Assembly (NCBI GenBank): GCA_977862235.1
Contig: OZ374564.1
Coordinates: 2,542,001 to 2,606,000, forward strand
DNA: 64,000 nucleotides
Source of the DNA: Dudresnaya verticillata
Lineage: Eukaryota
Reading direction: 5' to 3'
Of the stretch, positions 44,364 through 54,766 are shown one piece after another (position 1 is the first letter of the stretch; every line of letters starts with the position of its first letter). The position numbers were made by a program, and so were the translations under genes. The notes beneath the pieces are model-generated. The model ran no database searches. It was given only the letters and a program-made list of their open reading frames with translations, and was not told the origin of the DNA.

Positions 44364-47329
44364 ATGACGAGAAAGGGAAAAGGACAAGGGGTTGATAGCT
44401 CCCCTGCAGAAGCAGAAATAGCTTCCTCCATTAGTAGAGGGAAGGCGTTGTTCCCTGATGTCATGGATGGCTCGGTCAACATTCGAATCGACCCCAGAGC
44501 ATGTATTCCATTGAACAGATAAGACCTGTTTTGCGATCTGGTGTGGAACGACTAAAAGCGCGTTTTCACCTACGTTCTTCTCAAGACAGGGAGGGAGTTG
44601 TTGGCTACGTCGCTGGGTCCGACTCCCCTATCGTTGTAGAACTAAACGGAGCACTAAGGGGTTTGGTTGTAGCATATTTCAAGAAGTCGAAAACAGAAGG
44701 AGGAAAGTTGTGTTCCGACGAGGATGCGTCGGTAAAGGCGAATAGTCGTGCCAAGTGGTATGGTATTGTGGATGGTGTACATCGACATAGTGTCATATCA
44801 TAATTAATGGAGGAAGTTCCCACAGTGTGGCAATCGTTTGCGTGGCCAGTCACCGTACTGAAAGGCGGTCACAGCGTCTGTGAACTACGACAGCTTGCCC
44901 GTCACCAGAACGAGAAACATGCACAGGGTTATTTCATCGAAACTACGTTTTACGATCTTATCCACGGCTTGCGACAGGAGGCTGACCGGTTGCAATCCAA
45001 GACAGGGAAGCAACCCAGCGCCCCCAGAATTGCTGAGGCTTATGATGGCTCGAAGCTGTATCGCAACAACACCATTAAACAGACTGCTCAGACTGTTATG
45101 CGTTTGGATCAGAAGGTTATCGATGCAATAGGACTCATCACAAATGAGGAAAGGCCGGACTTGGCTGCCAGGATAAGCTGCGACAGGGAAGGCACGTCGA
45201 TGGACAAAGATGGGGCAATGCGAAGCGTCGACTGTAGAGTGTACAGGAAATTCATCCATATATCGTCTCTAAAGTCTGCAGCATCATACATGAAAGCAAG
45301 CAAGATGTCGGACGGGGTGGAAGTCCAGATAGCTACATTGTACAGACTCCGTGAAATGCACCGACTTCAGAACTTCCGGCCTGTGGCAAGCTATCAGACC
45401 CTGGAGCAGTTTCAGAAAGCGAAGGAGGCAATGAAGGAAGCGCGTAAATTCGAACGATTGTTGGAGACCCAAACTTGGCCGGAAGGTATGCAGGTCATTC
45501 GGGAAAACCTTTTGCACTCCACGAAGTTGGACCATGAGGTACGCGCGAACTTCGGCAACGATCAGGATGTTATAAAGCCGTTGCTTGATGCATATCGAAG
45601 GGAATGCCCTCAGGAAGCTCCACGGAAATAAAAGAAGTTTAGATACCAGTTCCGCACACAGGTCGAGTCCCAGGGGGAATCCAATCCCGCAACTGGCCAG
45701 AAGGAGAGCCATTCGGTTTCAATGTCTAAGATTGGCTCCGATAGCGTGGTTAATCGGAGCAATGCCGAGGAAAAGGATGGAATGGACGGGATGGCACTTG
45801 AAGAAGAGCAGGAAAATCTCGACATAACTACCGGCGTCGTCAATCAGACACTGCATATGACCACACCGGTCAAGGTGCATGGCAATGAAGATGGCGAGAA
45901 TGGTGAGACCGGTACAGCAGAACAGGTTGATCAGCGTGGAGAGAATGTTTCCAGGCCCTCTATTCGCTCAGCGGCATCTACTCGACAATCGGAGAGATTA
46001 AACACATCGTCTATTGAGGGAGACCGTGATGTTATCTCCAAATGCGGAATAAGCACCCATCAGATGCTGTGGCAAGAGTATGACCAGTCAGTCCGAAACG
46101 AGTCCAGTCCTCTATTTGACCTTGTCCTTGCAGACCCACCGTACGGGATACCGAAGGGCATGTCAGACGCTGGTACTGCGTATGATAACAGATTTACTGA
46201 AGAGGACGTCAGGCGGTTGTGTGAGTTCTGCGGACGAGTAGTGAAGGAGGGTGGGTGGGTCTTCATCTTTTGCAGTTTTATGAACTTCCCCACATTTAGA
46301 AGAGCTCTTACGGAGAAGAGCTTCGATTGCCCGCAGTACCCATTTCTGATATGCAAGGACACAGCTACGATGCAGATAAGTCGCAGGAAGGGATTACAAA
46401 ATGGTGCTGAGATTGCAGTATTTGGCAGGCGAAAAGGAATATCGAAGGCATCATTCTCCCCCGACTTGTCAAGTCCGTACCACTACGTTCCATGTGGCGA
46501 GAGAAGAAAGTTCGCTGTCATGACATCTGTTCCCGCGGCAAGGGATAAAATTCTGAAGCCTGGAACGACTAGAGCTCCGCTTCTCACAGAAGAAAAGAAC
46601 CCGGACATGCTCACTGAAGTCCTTACCACGTTCTGCCCTGACGGAGGTTCTGTTCTGGACACACACGCCGGAACGATGACTACAGGAATTGCGTGTCTCA
46701 GATTGGATCGGAAGTGCACTCTTGTGGAAAGCAAAGCTGAGACGTTCAGATTAGCCACAGAAAGACTACAACGCCTCGCCAACGAGAAACAAAGTTGCGT
46801 ATCTGGGGATTTACTTCCAAATAAGCGTTCAACGGATCTTTCGGAGACGCAAGAAAAATCGAAGAAGGCGCGTCAAGCTGAGTGCGGAGTGGCATCGCAC
46901 ACTAAGGATGTCACAGAAGAGGGGAAGGATGACAAACAGGGTTACAGTGTCGTGCAAGACTCAGTAGCAGTGAAAGATAAAATCTTGTCTCAGGACTCTT
47001 CCTTCAAGCGCGGTGGGGCGAAACTGAAAGGGGACGACAGAGTGTGGCTCAGATACGGGCAGCAGAAAGTTGGGGAGGCGACAATTCAGCCGAATGAATA
47101 CGGAACTGGGGTTAAGGAGAAAATACACGGTCACTCGTTGCAGCAGTTCAGCAAACCTGGTGAACATCTCGTGGCGGTGTTCTCATTCAATCTGTTAGAG
47201 GCATTTGCTGACAAGCCATACAATTACACCTTCAAGGGCCCGGAGGAACAACCGGCCCTGCTTAGAGATTTAACTGCATTCTTTGCGTGGGATCTCAAAG
47301 AGATGGAACCTTTCGAACCCGAGTCGTAG
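44364..47329 (+). pseudogene. ParB/Srx-like domain fused to a beta-class amino-DNA methyltransferase (N6-A or N4-C), ~990 aa, disrupted
   Basis: IRPVLRSGVERL...SPIVV...WYGIVDGVHR (ParB-like, 44771-44785); FDLVLADPPYG (DPPY at 46133-46144), EEKNPDML, VLDTHAGTMTTGIACLRLDRKCTLVE (from 46658). ORFs 44501, 44807 and 45722 share one frame, separated by TAA at 44801 and 45629; one frameshift near 44515. Confidence 0.88.
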
Positions 47330-47428
47330 ACATCTTGAAACACCTGCACTTTTGCTGCGTAATAAACTCACATTTTTCGCCAGTCAAGAGTGCGCTTCGT
47401 TCGGCAGGCAGCTCTCGTTTCCATACCC

Positions 47429-47752
47429 ATGGCGTCATCGCGAGACAATGGACATGAGGCCGGCACTGCAATGGACGTGGATACGGAAGCACTTCTCTCC
47501 GAGGTACGGGCTCTTCGAATGGAGGTAGACGCGCTACGAACTCGAGTGGAAAGTGCTCTGCAGAGAATGAGCGAGATAACCACCAACGTCATGGACCGCT
47601 TGTCGAGGGTTGTGGTTCAGGCAGTGCACATTGCGAGAGCTGCGAGAAGAAGACTGCAAACCATCGAACGGCGTCTTGGGATACAATTCCTGGGTGAAGA
47701 CGACCCTGAGTTGGATTCGGATATTGAGAACCAACTTCAACACAACCTCTGA
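47429..47752 (+). CDS. Small coiled-coil protein (107 aa)
   Basis: MASSRDNG...LLSEVRALRMEVDALRTRVESAL heptad pattern; acidic tail. Confidence 0.55.
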   Translation: MASSRDNGHEAGTAMDVDTEALLSEVRALRMEVDALRTRVESALQRMSEITTNVMDRLSRVVVQAVHIARAARRRLQTIERRLGIQFLGEDDPELDSDIENQLQHNL

Positions 47753-47773
47753 AAAGCTCGACCAACACCCGAA

Positions 47774-48046
47774 ATGCCGTTGCCCCTTAACCCAACCGTT
47801 GGCGACGCACAGGTCGAGGTCATACGACTACGTCAACAAGTCGCCCATCTGCGGAACGTAGTCCGTAACCTGGAGGGCGAAGTGCAAAGCGCATCCAATT
47901 TCGTTCGCTACCTCATTCAAGAATTCGGAAGAAGGATAATAAGTGCGCTTCGTCATGCTCGGCGAAATGTACAGGACTTGCACCGTTCTGTACGTGCACT
48001 TAGGGAGGAAGTAGAGCGCGATGTAGAAGACCCACTCTCGGAATAG
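47774..48046 (+). CDS. Small coiled-coil protein (90 aa)
   Basis: VEVIRLRQQVAHLRNVVRNLEGEV heptads and acidic tail; starts 21 nt after the previous stop. Confidence 0.55.
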   Translation: MPLPLNPTVGDAQVEVIRLRQQVAHLRNVVRNLEGEVQSASNFVRYLIQEFGRRIISALRHARRNVQDLHRSVRALREEVERDVEDPLSE

Positions 48047-48391
48047 GCTTCGTGCAATTGTTGTAAACGATCTGATTTGATTGTCCATACCTGTTGCGAT
48101 GACAACCTTCGCAATGCCGTTTTCGGATCCGCTCGAGCGCACACGCTTACCCACTGAGACATCCACATTGAGCAGACGGGAGAGAATATTACCCGCATGG
48201 GTTTCTTTGTCGCCCGCCATTTCGCATCACTTCTTGACCTCTGCGAGAATCTGCCCCTCGCCATTAACAAGCGAGTCCAGACCGACCGACACGCGAAGCA
48301 GATGCCATGAGGCCTCATCCTCATGTTAACATGAGAAAATGCTTTCGCAGCTCCGCGACGCTCAAGCCGCTGTAGTTTGACAGCCGGGCGA

Positions 48392-49237
48392 CTACTTCCT
48401 GGGTCTCACGGAAGGGGTGTTCCAACACAAGATAGACCTCCACACGTTTGTGGGTACTGTTTCAAGAAGCCGTTTTGAAATGTCACTATCGCGCTTCTCT
48501 TCGTCAAGTTCATCTGCCTTGTTGGCTTCAACCTTTCCATTTTGCCGCTCTGCTATTTCTTTCGTTAGCTCTGCAGATGTCAAAACTCGGAGAACTTCTT
48601 CAAAAGTCGGCCTAGCATCTTGGTCTTGAGCCCAACATCGCTCAATTAGTTCCCGTAGCGTTGGCGGGACGTTGTCACTCTCGTGAAACTCAGGTCTGCC
48701 ACCCTCCGATACACAAAACATTAGCTGAATGGGTTTCATCTTTGGAAACGTAAAACGACTGGTGTACATTTCATACAGTACAATACCAAATGAGTATACG
48801 TCAGCAGCTGGAGTGTAGGGCTTCCTTTGCATTACTTCGGGGGCCATTGTGTAGGGTGTGCCGACGACTCCTGCTCCTCGTCCGTCCTGCGAGCTGTTTA
48901 TGCCAGATGCTTCATGCACGAACTGGCTGCCAAGTCCAAAGTCACATATGACGCAATGAGTAATCGTGCGGTTGATTAGAATATTGCTTGCCTTTAAATC
49001 ACGGTGAAGGATTGGTGGAGACGAAGCATGAAGGTAAAACATGCCCCGAGCCACGCCGCACTCCATTTCCAGAGACTGCTCCGATGAGAACTTCCGAGGA
49101 TTCGGTCCATGCAAGAAGTTTGCAACGGAGCCTCCAGAGTACAACTCCGCGATGATGCACACGACTGGCTCGAAGGTACTTGATACGATCAGGGAGGTGG
49201 GTACTGCAGTTAAATGTTGGTCAAACATGTTTATCAA
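48392..49237 (-). pseudogene. Captured fragment of a TKL-group protein kinase (C-lobe only)
   Basis: ARGMFYLH, HRDLKASN, DFG, GTPYTMAPE, DVYSFG, CWAQDQDARPTF; no Gly-loop or VAIK upstream. Confidence 0.9.
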
Positions 49238-49359
49238 CTCCTGGAACCTCAGCTGAAAGTGTACTGGCAGGTTCCAGTGCTTCCAGAACTCTGCTGTCGC
49301 ACCGAACGCGGTATTTTAGACCTTGTTTATGGTGAGCCACTTGATCCAGCTCGAGTCAT

Positions 49360-49700
49360 CTTGAAAAACGCGCCATCGAAAAGTCTGCTTAGCCTGAACG
49401 ACAGTTGGAAACTTTCACCAGCAATTCGCTCGACGAACATCAGCCCCACCGCGGACGGCGTGGAAGCAAACTCGGAGTACTCCTTGAGCAGCCGCTCGCA
49501 TTTCAGGAGCAGATCATTCGCGTCGAGCAATGTGCGCAGCGCAGACGTCCTAGCAGCAGCCTCGCGGCGCTGCACGAGGGTAGTGTGAAGGTCGCCGATC
49601 GGCTCGTCCAGCAAGCCGAGCAGCGCGACCAAGTCGCGGCGGAGCGCTTCCAGCGAGACTGCGGCCGCGTCGGCAAGCGGCTCCGAGGCGGCGATAGCCG
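49360..49700 (-). pseudogene. COG2: Captured fragment resembling the N-terminal region of COG2 (conserved oligomeric Golgi subunit 2)
   Basis: LVQRREAAARTSALRTLLDANDLLLKCERLLK...VERIAGESFQLSF resembles the recalled COG2 pattern (QR..AA...L..LLD.....K.E.L...ERIA.E...L.F); from memory only. Confidence 0.55.
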
Positions 49701-50309
49701 GGCCGAACGAGGTGAAGGTGTTGAAGCATGTAGACCGGCCCGAACAGCATGAAGGCGAGGAATAGTGCGAGGAATAGTACAGGAATCAGGGTATCCAACA
49801 CGCATGCAGCGGCGGTGGTGGAGCAGAGAGACGCGTTGAGTACTTCTGTGAGGCAGTAGCTAATTCGTTTCTCGTGCGTGGGAGCTATCGACGAATATGG
49901 ATATTTATTATAGCTCCTCGGCGACGCCCAGATCGAAAAGCTATTTTCTTAGGTTTCACGATTCCGCTTCCTGAATAGCTATGTAGCTAACGAGATTACC
50001 TCCAGGCAAATATCTACTTTTTTAGGTTTTTCATTCTGACTAAATGGGGAGCTATGTAGCTCCGGCGGAGTCGCAAATCAACAACCTATAAAAATAGATG
50101 TTTCATTTGGCGCATCTCAACATCTATTGGCCGATATCTATATTCGTGTATAGCTTTTCCAGATCTGCGTCCTGGTTTGCTACTGATCTCAATGTGTTAC
50201 ACAGGGCCTGGCCCACCTCTTCGTACTACCATCTCTTGCTTTGCACGTCCCGGGACGTGCAAAGGGAGAGGCCTCTCCGCCGCCGCAACCCCCCGTTCCC
50301 CCGTTCAGG

Positions 50310-51270
50310 AGATTGACTCACCCAAGCCCTTGAAGCATCACACTAGCTTTATCAACTATGTCTGCTTCTCCCCGGGCAGCTCCAAGCTCGCCATTGCGTC
50401 CTCGGATAGGTCCATTAGCATTGTCGACGTCGCCGAGGCGGACGTTATCGCCACTTTCAAGCGGCACACTGCGTCTGTCACTGGCCGGTGTTGGGCGGAT
50501 GACGGCTCCAAACTGCTGTACTCGTCGAATGACAAAACCACCCGCATGTGAAGCATTCCAGATGGCGAGTGCCTATCCACTGTCACCTTCGGCTCTAATG
50601 TCATGGACATTCATGTGGGCTGCACGATTGCCCGCAACACTGGCGAAGTAGTGTTCGCCTCGCTGCATTCTGAGATATTTATCACTGGAGCCGATGGAGA
50701 GCGCGAGACCGTCATGCGAGCGAGAGGGTTAGACGGGTGTTGCAGCGACGGGGCGTGGGTATGTCAACGCGGTAGGGGCGCGAGGGGCGGGCTTACCGTC
50801 TTCAAGGGCTTCGCTTCGGACTTTCCCGAGGGCTTGACAGCGGTTCTCTTCGCGCTGGTCATGGTGCGGGTGCGGAGGTGGGCGCGGTGACGGGCCGGGA
50901 GGAGTGGGGAGGGGTGTGTGGGAAGTGTGAAGGAAGGGGAAGGCGTGGTCGAGGTGCGGTGGGGGTGGTGGGGTTGGCGCGGTGGGGGGCTGGGGAGGAC
51001 TTGGGCGAGTGTTAAGAAGGGGCGGAGGGGCGAGCGGAAGCTCGCCGATGCCGACACTCTGCTTTGCGTGGCCGCGCGGCCACGCAAAGCAGAGTGTCGG
51101 CATTGCCGACGTGGCAGATAGGTTCTACTCGTCAGACTACTCGGGGCTCATGTTTGCTTGGACCTGCTCTTCAACGGCAAGGGCCCAAACCACTGCTGTT
51201 TGTTCTATTCCTGCTAATGACCAAATTGTCGCGAATGTTGGACAGGACGTAAAGGTTTTCATCAGGATGG
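50310..51270 (+). pseudogene. AIP1: Captured WD40 fragment, AIP1/WDR1-like, interrupted at ~50718-51075
   Basis: HHTSFINYVCFSP...HTASVTGRCWADDGSKLLYSSNDKT..*...VMDIHVGC...ETVMR, then RGHAKQSVGI...YSSDYSGLMFAW. Confidence 0.7.
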
Positions 51271-51465
51271 GGTGTCTCACGGTGAGGGCAGGATGCGAGT
51301 TCTTGCATGTCACTTCGTATCTATAGCAGCGCATGAACCGGTCTCAGACTCCTGGGCGCTACTACGTGAGGCTCAAACTCAACTCCTAAACATATTTATT
51401 CAATATCAATCGTCCCATGGCATCATTTCGAGCAACCGATACCCGCTCGCAAGGCTTTGTGGTCC

Positions 51466-53814
51466 CTACGCGATATTTTCCGATCGCATGTCCAGGGCTT
51501 CCCTAATTTTCCGTTGCGCAGTCACCGGGATCCCACCATTTGTTAAACGAGCGAACTCGACCAGTACGGAGTTTTGAGGGACTTTATCTCTCCATGGAAT
51601 GGTTTGGTCGACACCTTTGGTGACTTTTGCTTTTTTGTACCTCCCTGTAAACGTATTGCCTCTGCCCGTACTCCTCTGGTACCACTCCACCTCCAGAGTT
51701 GTTATCCTCCCCGTTTGGTTAGAATTCCAGTCCGTGATTTGGCCAAGCCAGAATGGACAATTTTCAGTACAGTCATCTCCCAGAACCGCTACGAAGCTGT
51801 TCTTAGTATAAGGTAGGTCCTGCCTCACAACTTGCTCTTCTCCTGAATCGGCTTTGGAATCGGAATCGGAATCACCAGCGGGAACGATGCCACTAGGCTT
51901 GTAAGAACCGTCTAATTCAAAGACATCCGGCAATGACCAGTGCAAGGGGTCATCGCGGTCCGAATAAACTCTATCTCGGAGTGCCAGCAGTTTCTGCAAC
52001 TTTGTGTGGTCGTTGATTCTTGTTTCCTCGGAACGCAGGCGATTAGTAATTTTGTGCTCGTCGGGTGGGGAGCGACACGGTGTAGGCGGTGTTTTGCTTA
52101 AGTCTGGCGGGAATAACAAGAATCCTCCCTGTCCGTCTTTTGTTTGTAGTGGTTTCCAGGATTCCTTGCTCCATATCTTGAATTCGCAGCGTGTTTTAAA
52201 CTTAGTAGGATGTGAGGCCAAAGGGCCTTCCGTTGTAAAGCGAAAGTACCGATACTCGGAAGTGGCCTCCGTTCGTCCGAGACACTCCTCCATGTTGCAC
52301 AACCCGGAGAAATTAGCAACATGGCGTATTTCTGTAACGCGCGGCTGGGGTGTGTAGGAATGTCGCAATTTGTGCATCAGATCGTCCATAGTAATTGCAG
52401 CTCTTACCCGCAGTCTCCTTGCTGTGCAGCTAAATACCTGGTCGATATCAGCATGTGTGTGCCCAATAGGTAGGAACGATGCATGCACTTCGCAAAACAC
52501 ACCCATGGCAACGAGAAACTCTAAGTACCCGAATAGATACTTGTTCTTGTTTTCCCTCGTGCAGTTGTCGGCCTGGACATACAAAGTTCCCTTGAGTGGA
52601 ATTCTGTCCCTACGGGACATTAGCATTCTGTGCAACGCCTCAATGACGTGATTGGCACCGGTCTCAAATTCACTAGTCATTGTGAATAGGTGGAGGTTCG
52701 CAGTTTGACCGTGTTCCAGGACACCAACAACTTTCGCCTTCAAGTCGTGCCCGCGAGTATCCTTCCGCTTGACATGGAAGTGGGGAAGTCCGAACGCGGA
52801 CTGATCTGCACCATCGATTATTGCAGAGCAGTAGCTCTTCGGGTACATAGATGCCATTTCGCATTTCTTGCGATACTCTGTCCTCTCCGTCATGATCGCT
52901 TTGACATGTCGTGAACGACGCTCACGAAGCGTTTCCGTGCCAGGAAGATCTGTAGTAGCCTTTGCCAGCAAGTCTTTGATATGTTCGCATTCAGGGCATT
53001 TCGCAAACCTATGCGTGCGCCGTACCTTGATTTGTGGGCAGTATCGAGTCCAGATGCTGTAAAAGTAGCTTTGAGATGGCGTCTCTCGCCTCGGATACAG
53101 AGCGTCATGTTCTTTCTTAAACGTGTTGTAAACTGCGAGTTTCTGATAGAACGGAAGATGAATCTCCTGCTTGTCGGATTGCGAGTCCCCAGAGACTTCC
53201 GCAAGGCGCTCCAGAAAAGAGACGATGACTTCCAGTTGCTCAGTAGAAGAAGAAGTGACAGCGAGCCCTCTACCCTTCCTTTCACGACTGAGATTGGTCC
53301 CCTTCACAACGGACTGAAGGTCTCTGGAAAAGCCGAACGCCCTCTCCAGAAATGTGTAGCATACAGGACGACTGCTAAAAAAATACATGTTGGAGTTGTG
53401 CTCAAGAAGCCCTGCGAGGTAGCTTTTTCTCTCGGTCCCGTTCTGCGCCATGAATTTGCGCGACTCCGCTATGACATAAACAGGCTCGATAGTGGCGAAG
53501 CACTGCTTCGTCTTGCAGCAGTAGATACCGGACATGTCCTGACTCTCCAACGTTTCCAATACCCTCCGCCTTTTCGCCTGCATTATTGACCCTGAAAGGG
53601 CTCCTTCCGGGCGGTTGACATACCTGTATTGGCGTCTGCCCTTATCCCGCGAGGCTTGCAGTCTATCATTGTTAGCCTCTTTATCAACATCCCTGGTCTC
53701 CGTTGGGGTCCAGTCTGGTGACTCGTCAGCGTCCGGTGTGTGATTATCGTCAGGACGCACACTATCATCATTGCTATCATTTTTTGGTGACTCGTCCCTC
53801 CTTGTGGTACACAA
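51466..53814 (-). CDS. DDD transposase core, Sola-like, with a C-terminal BAH/Tudor-like segment
   Basis: CC...C...VC Cys cluster, IHLP, FAKCPEC...H, IIDGADQ, LYVQADNCTRENKN, FLPIGHTHADIDQVFS; tail FWLGQI...LEVEWY. Confidence 0.85.
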   Translation of the reverse strand: MCTTRRDESPKNDSNDDSVRPDDNHTPDADESPDWTPTETRDVDKEANNDRLQASRDKGRRQYRYVNRPEGALSGSIMQAKRRRVLETLESQDMSGIYCCKTKQCFATIEPVYVIAESRKFMAQNGTERKSYLAGLLEHNSNMYFFSSRPVCYTFLERAFGFSRDLQSVVKGTNLSRERKGRGLAVTSSSTEQLEVIVSFLERLAEVSGDSQSDKQEIHLPFYQKLAVYNTFKKEHDALYPRRETPSQSYFYSIWTRYCPQIKVRRTHRFAKCPECEHIKDLLAKATTDLPGTETLRERRSRHVKAIMTERTEYRKKCEMASMYPKSYCSAIIDGADQSAFGLPHFHVKRKDTRGHDLKAKVVGVLEHGQTANLHLFTMTSEFETGANHVIEALHRMLMSRRDRIPLKGTLYVQADNCTRENKNKYLFGYLEFLVAMGVFCEVHASFLPIGHTHADIDQVFSCTARRLRVRAAITMDDLMHKLRHSYTPQPRVTEIRHVANFSGLCNMEECLGRTEATSEYRYFRFTTEGPLASHPTKFKTRCEFKIWSKESWKPLQTKDGQGGFLLFPPDLSKTPPTPCRSPPDEHKITNRLRSEETRINDHTKLQKLLALRDRVYSDRDDPLHWSLPDVFELDGSYKPSGIVPAGDSDSDSKADSGEEQVVRQDLPYTKNSFVAVLGDDCTENCPFWLGQITDWNSNQTGRITTLEVEWYQRSTGRGNTFTGRYKKAKVTKGVDQTIPWRDKVPQNSVLVEFARLTNGGIPVTAQRKIREALDMRSENIA

Positions 53815-54766
53815 TTCAACTTCATCCGAGGCGTTGCGACTCCCTTTTTGCCATTATTCGCAGTATCCAATGCGTACGGACGACGGCACATGGGAGCTTG
53901 TCGCTCAGGAGTGTAGACGAGTAAGGGCTGTTCCGGGACAGGCGAAGGCGTTCTTTCCTTGGTTTGCTCGATACCTTCACCAGGAAGTGCCTCAGCCACT
54001 GAGTCTGTACTTGTTCTATTCTCCTGTAACGACCGTTTCGGAGATTCAGAACGGGGAGTAGGTATTTTAGTTCCCATCCCTATCGTTTTAGCAAGGCGCT
54101 GCAGTAGACCAGGCCTCGCTTTCCGTGATGGAAGCACCCTTCGAGCAACACGGCCATCATTTGCCGTATTACTTGTCAGTTTCGACTTGACAGGTATATT
54201 CCCTTGCGCACCCCTGTAGTTTCCTCTTCCGTTTGCTTTCTCTTCCCATTTTTTATCTGCTCCCTGTCCCAAACATGAATTCCAACATTGAGTCCAGAAA
54301 GAGTGTTGGGTGGGGGCTCCAGTCCTGGGTACTTGTATTTGTAACGACTTTGAAGATGGTCTTTGTGAACTTTGAAATTGTATATGACTACCCATGTCTC
54401 ACCCTTACCTTGCAACGCCTTCAGCGAACGACCATGCATCTTCACCTTGAAAGCTCCCGTGTCATCCGCTTCTTCGGGTGCTGACGGCCTCATTGGCTCA
54501 GCCGTGCCTACCTCCTTTCCATCCATCATAAGTACGACACTCCTCGCTTGTACATGTTGCCTATCGCGCTGTTTGACGGAATCAGAACCGGGAGACTTGA
54601 CGGTAACCATTATTTCGCGCTTCTCTTCGTGTTCTTCCTGCATGTGCTCGTCGTTACGCAGATTGCAAGGCGTAGGATGGCACCCCGCAGTCGTTGGAGC
54701 GTTTCTTATGTCCGCAGTGACAACTTTAGCCATGCGTCTCTGCGCATTCTCCCGATCGCGACCCAT
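53815..54766 (-). pseudogene. Probable N-terminal part of the transposase gene (two -1 frameshifts), containing the domain shared with the methyltransferase
   Basis: Overlapping ORFs 54176-55060, 53583-54395 and 51466-53814 step by -1 each; ATG at 54766 (MGRDRE). Confidence 0.6.

Noticed and set aside
44364..47329. Bacterial restriction-modification operon or prophage contamination
   Set aside because: No restriction nuclease or phage genes nearby; the gene sits between eukaryotic TIRs and shares a domain with the ORF upstream of the transposase core.
48392..49237. Functional host kinase gene
   Set aside because: No N-lobe (Gly-loop, VAIK), and it is flanked by unrelated fragments inside a transposon.
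49854..50185. Possible small hAT-like MITE (CAGTAGC...GCTACTG, repeated GGAGCTAT motifs)
   Set aside because: The inverted ends are only 7 bp and there is no matching TSD; insufficient support.
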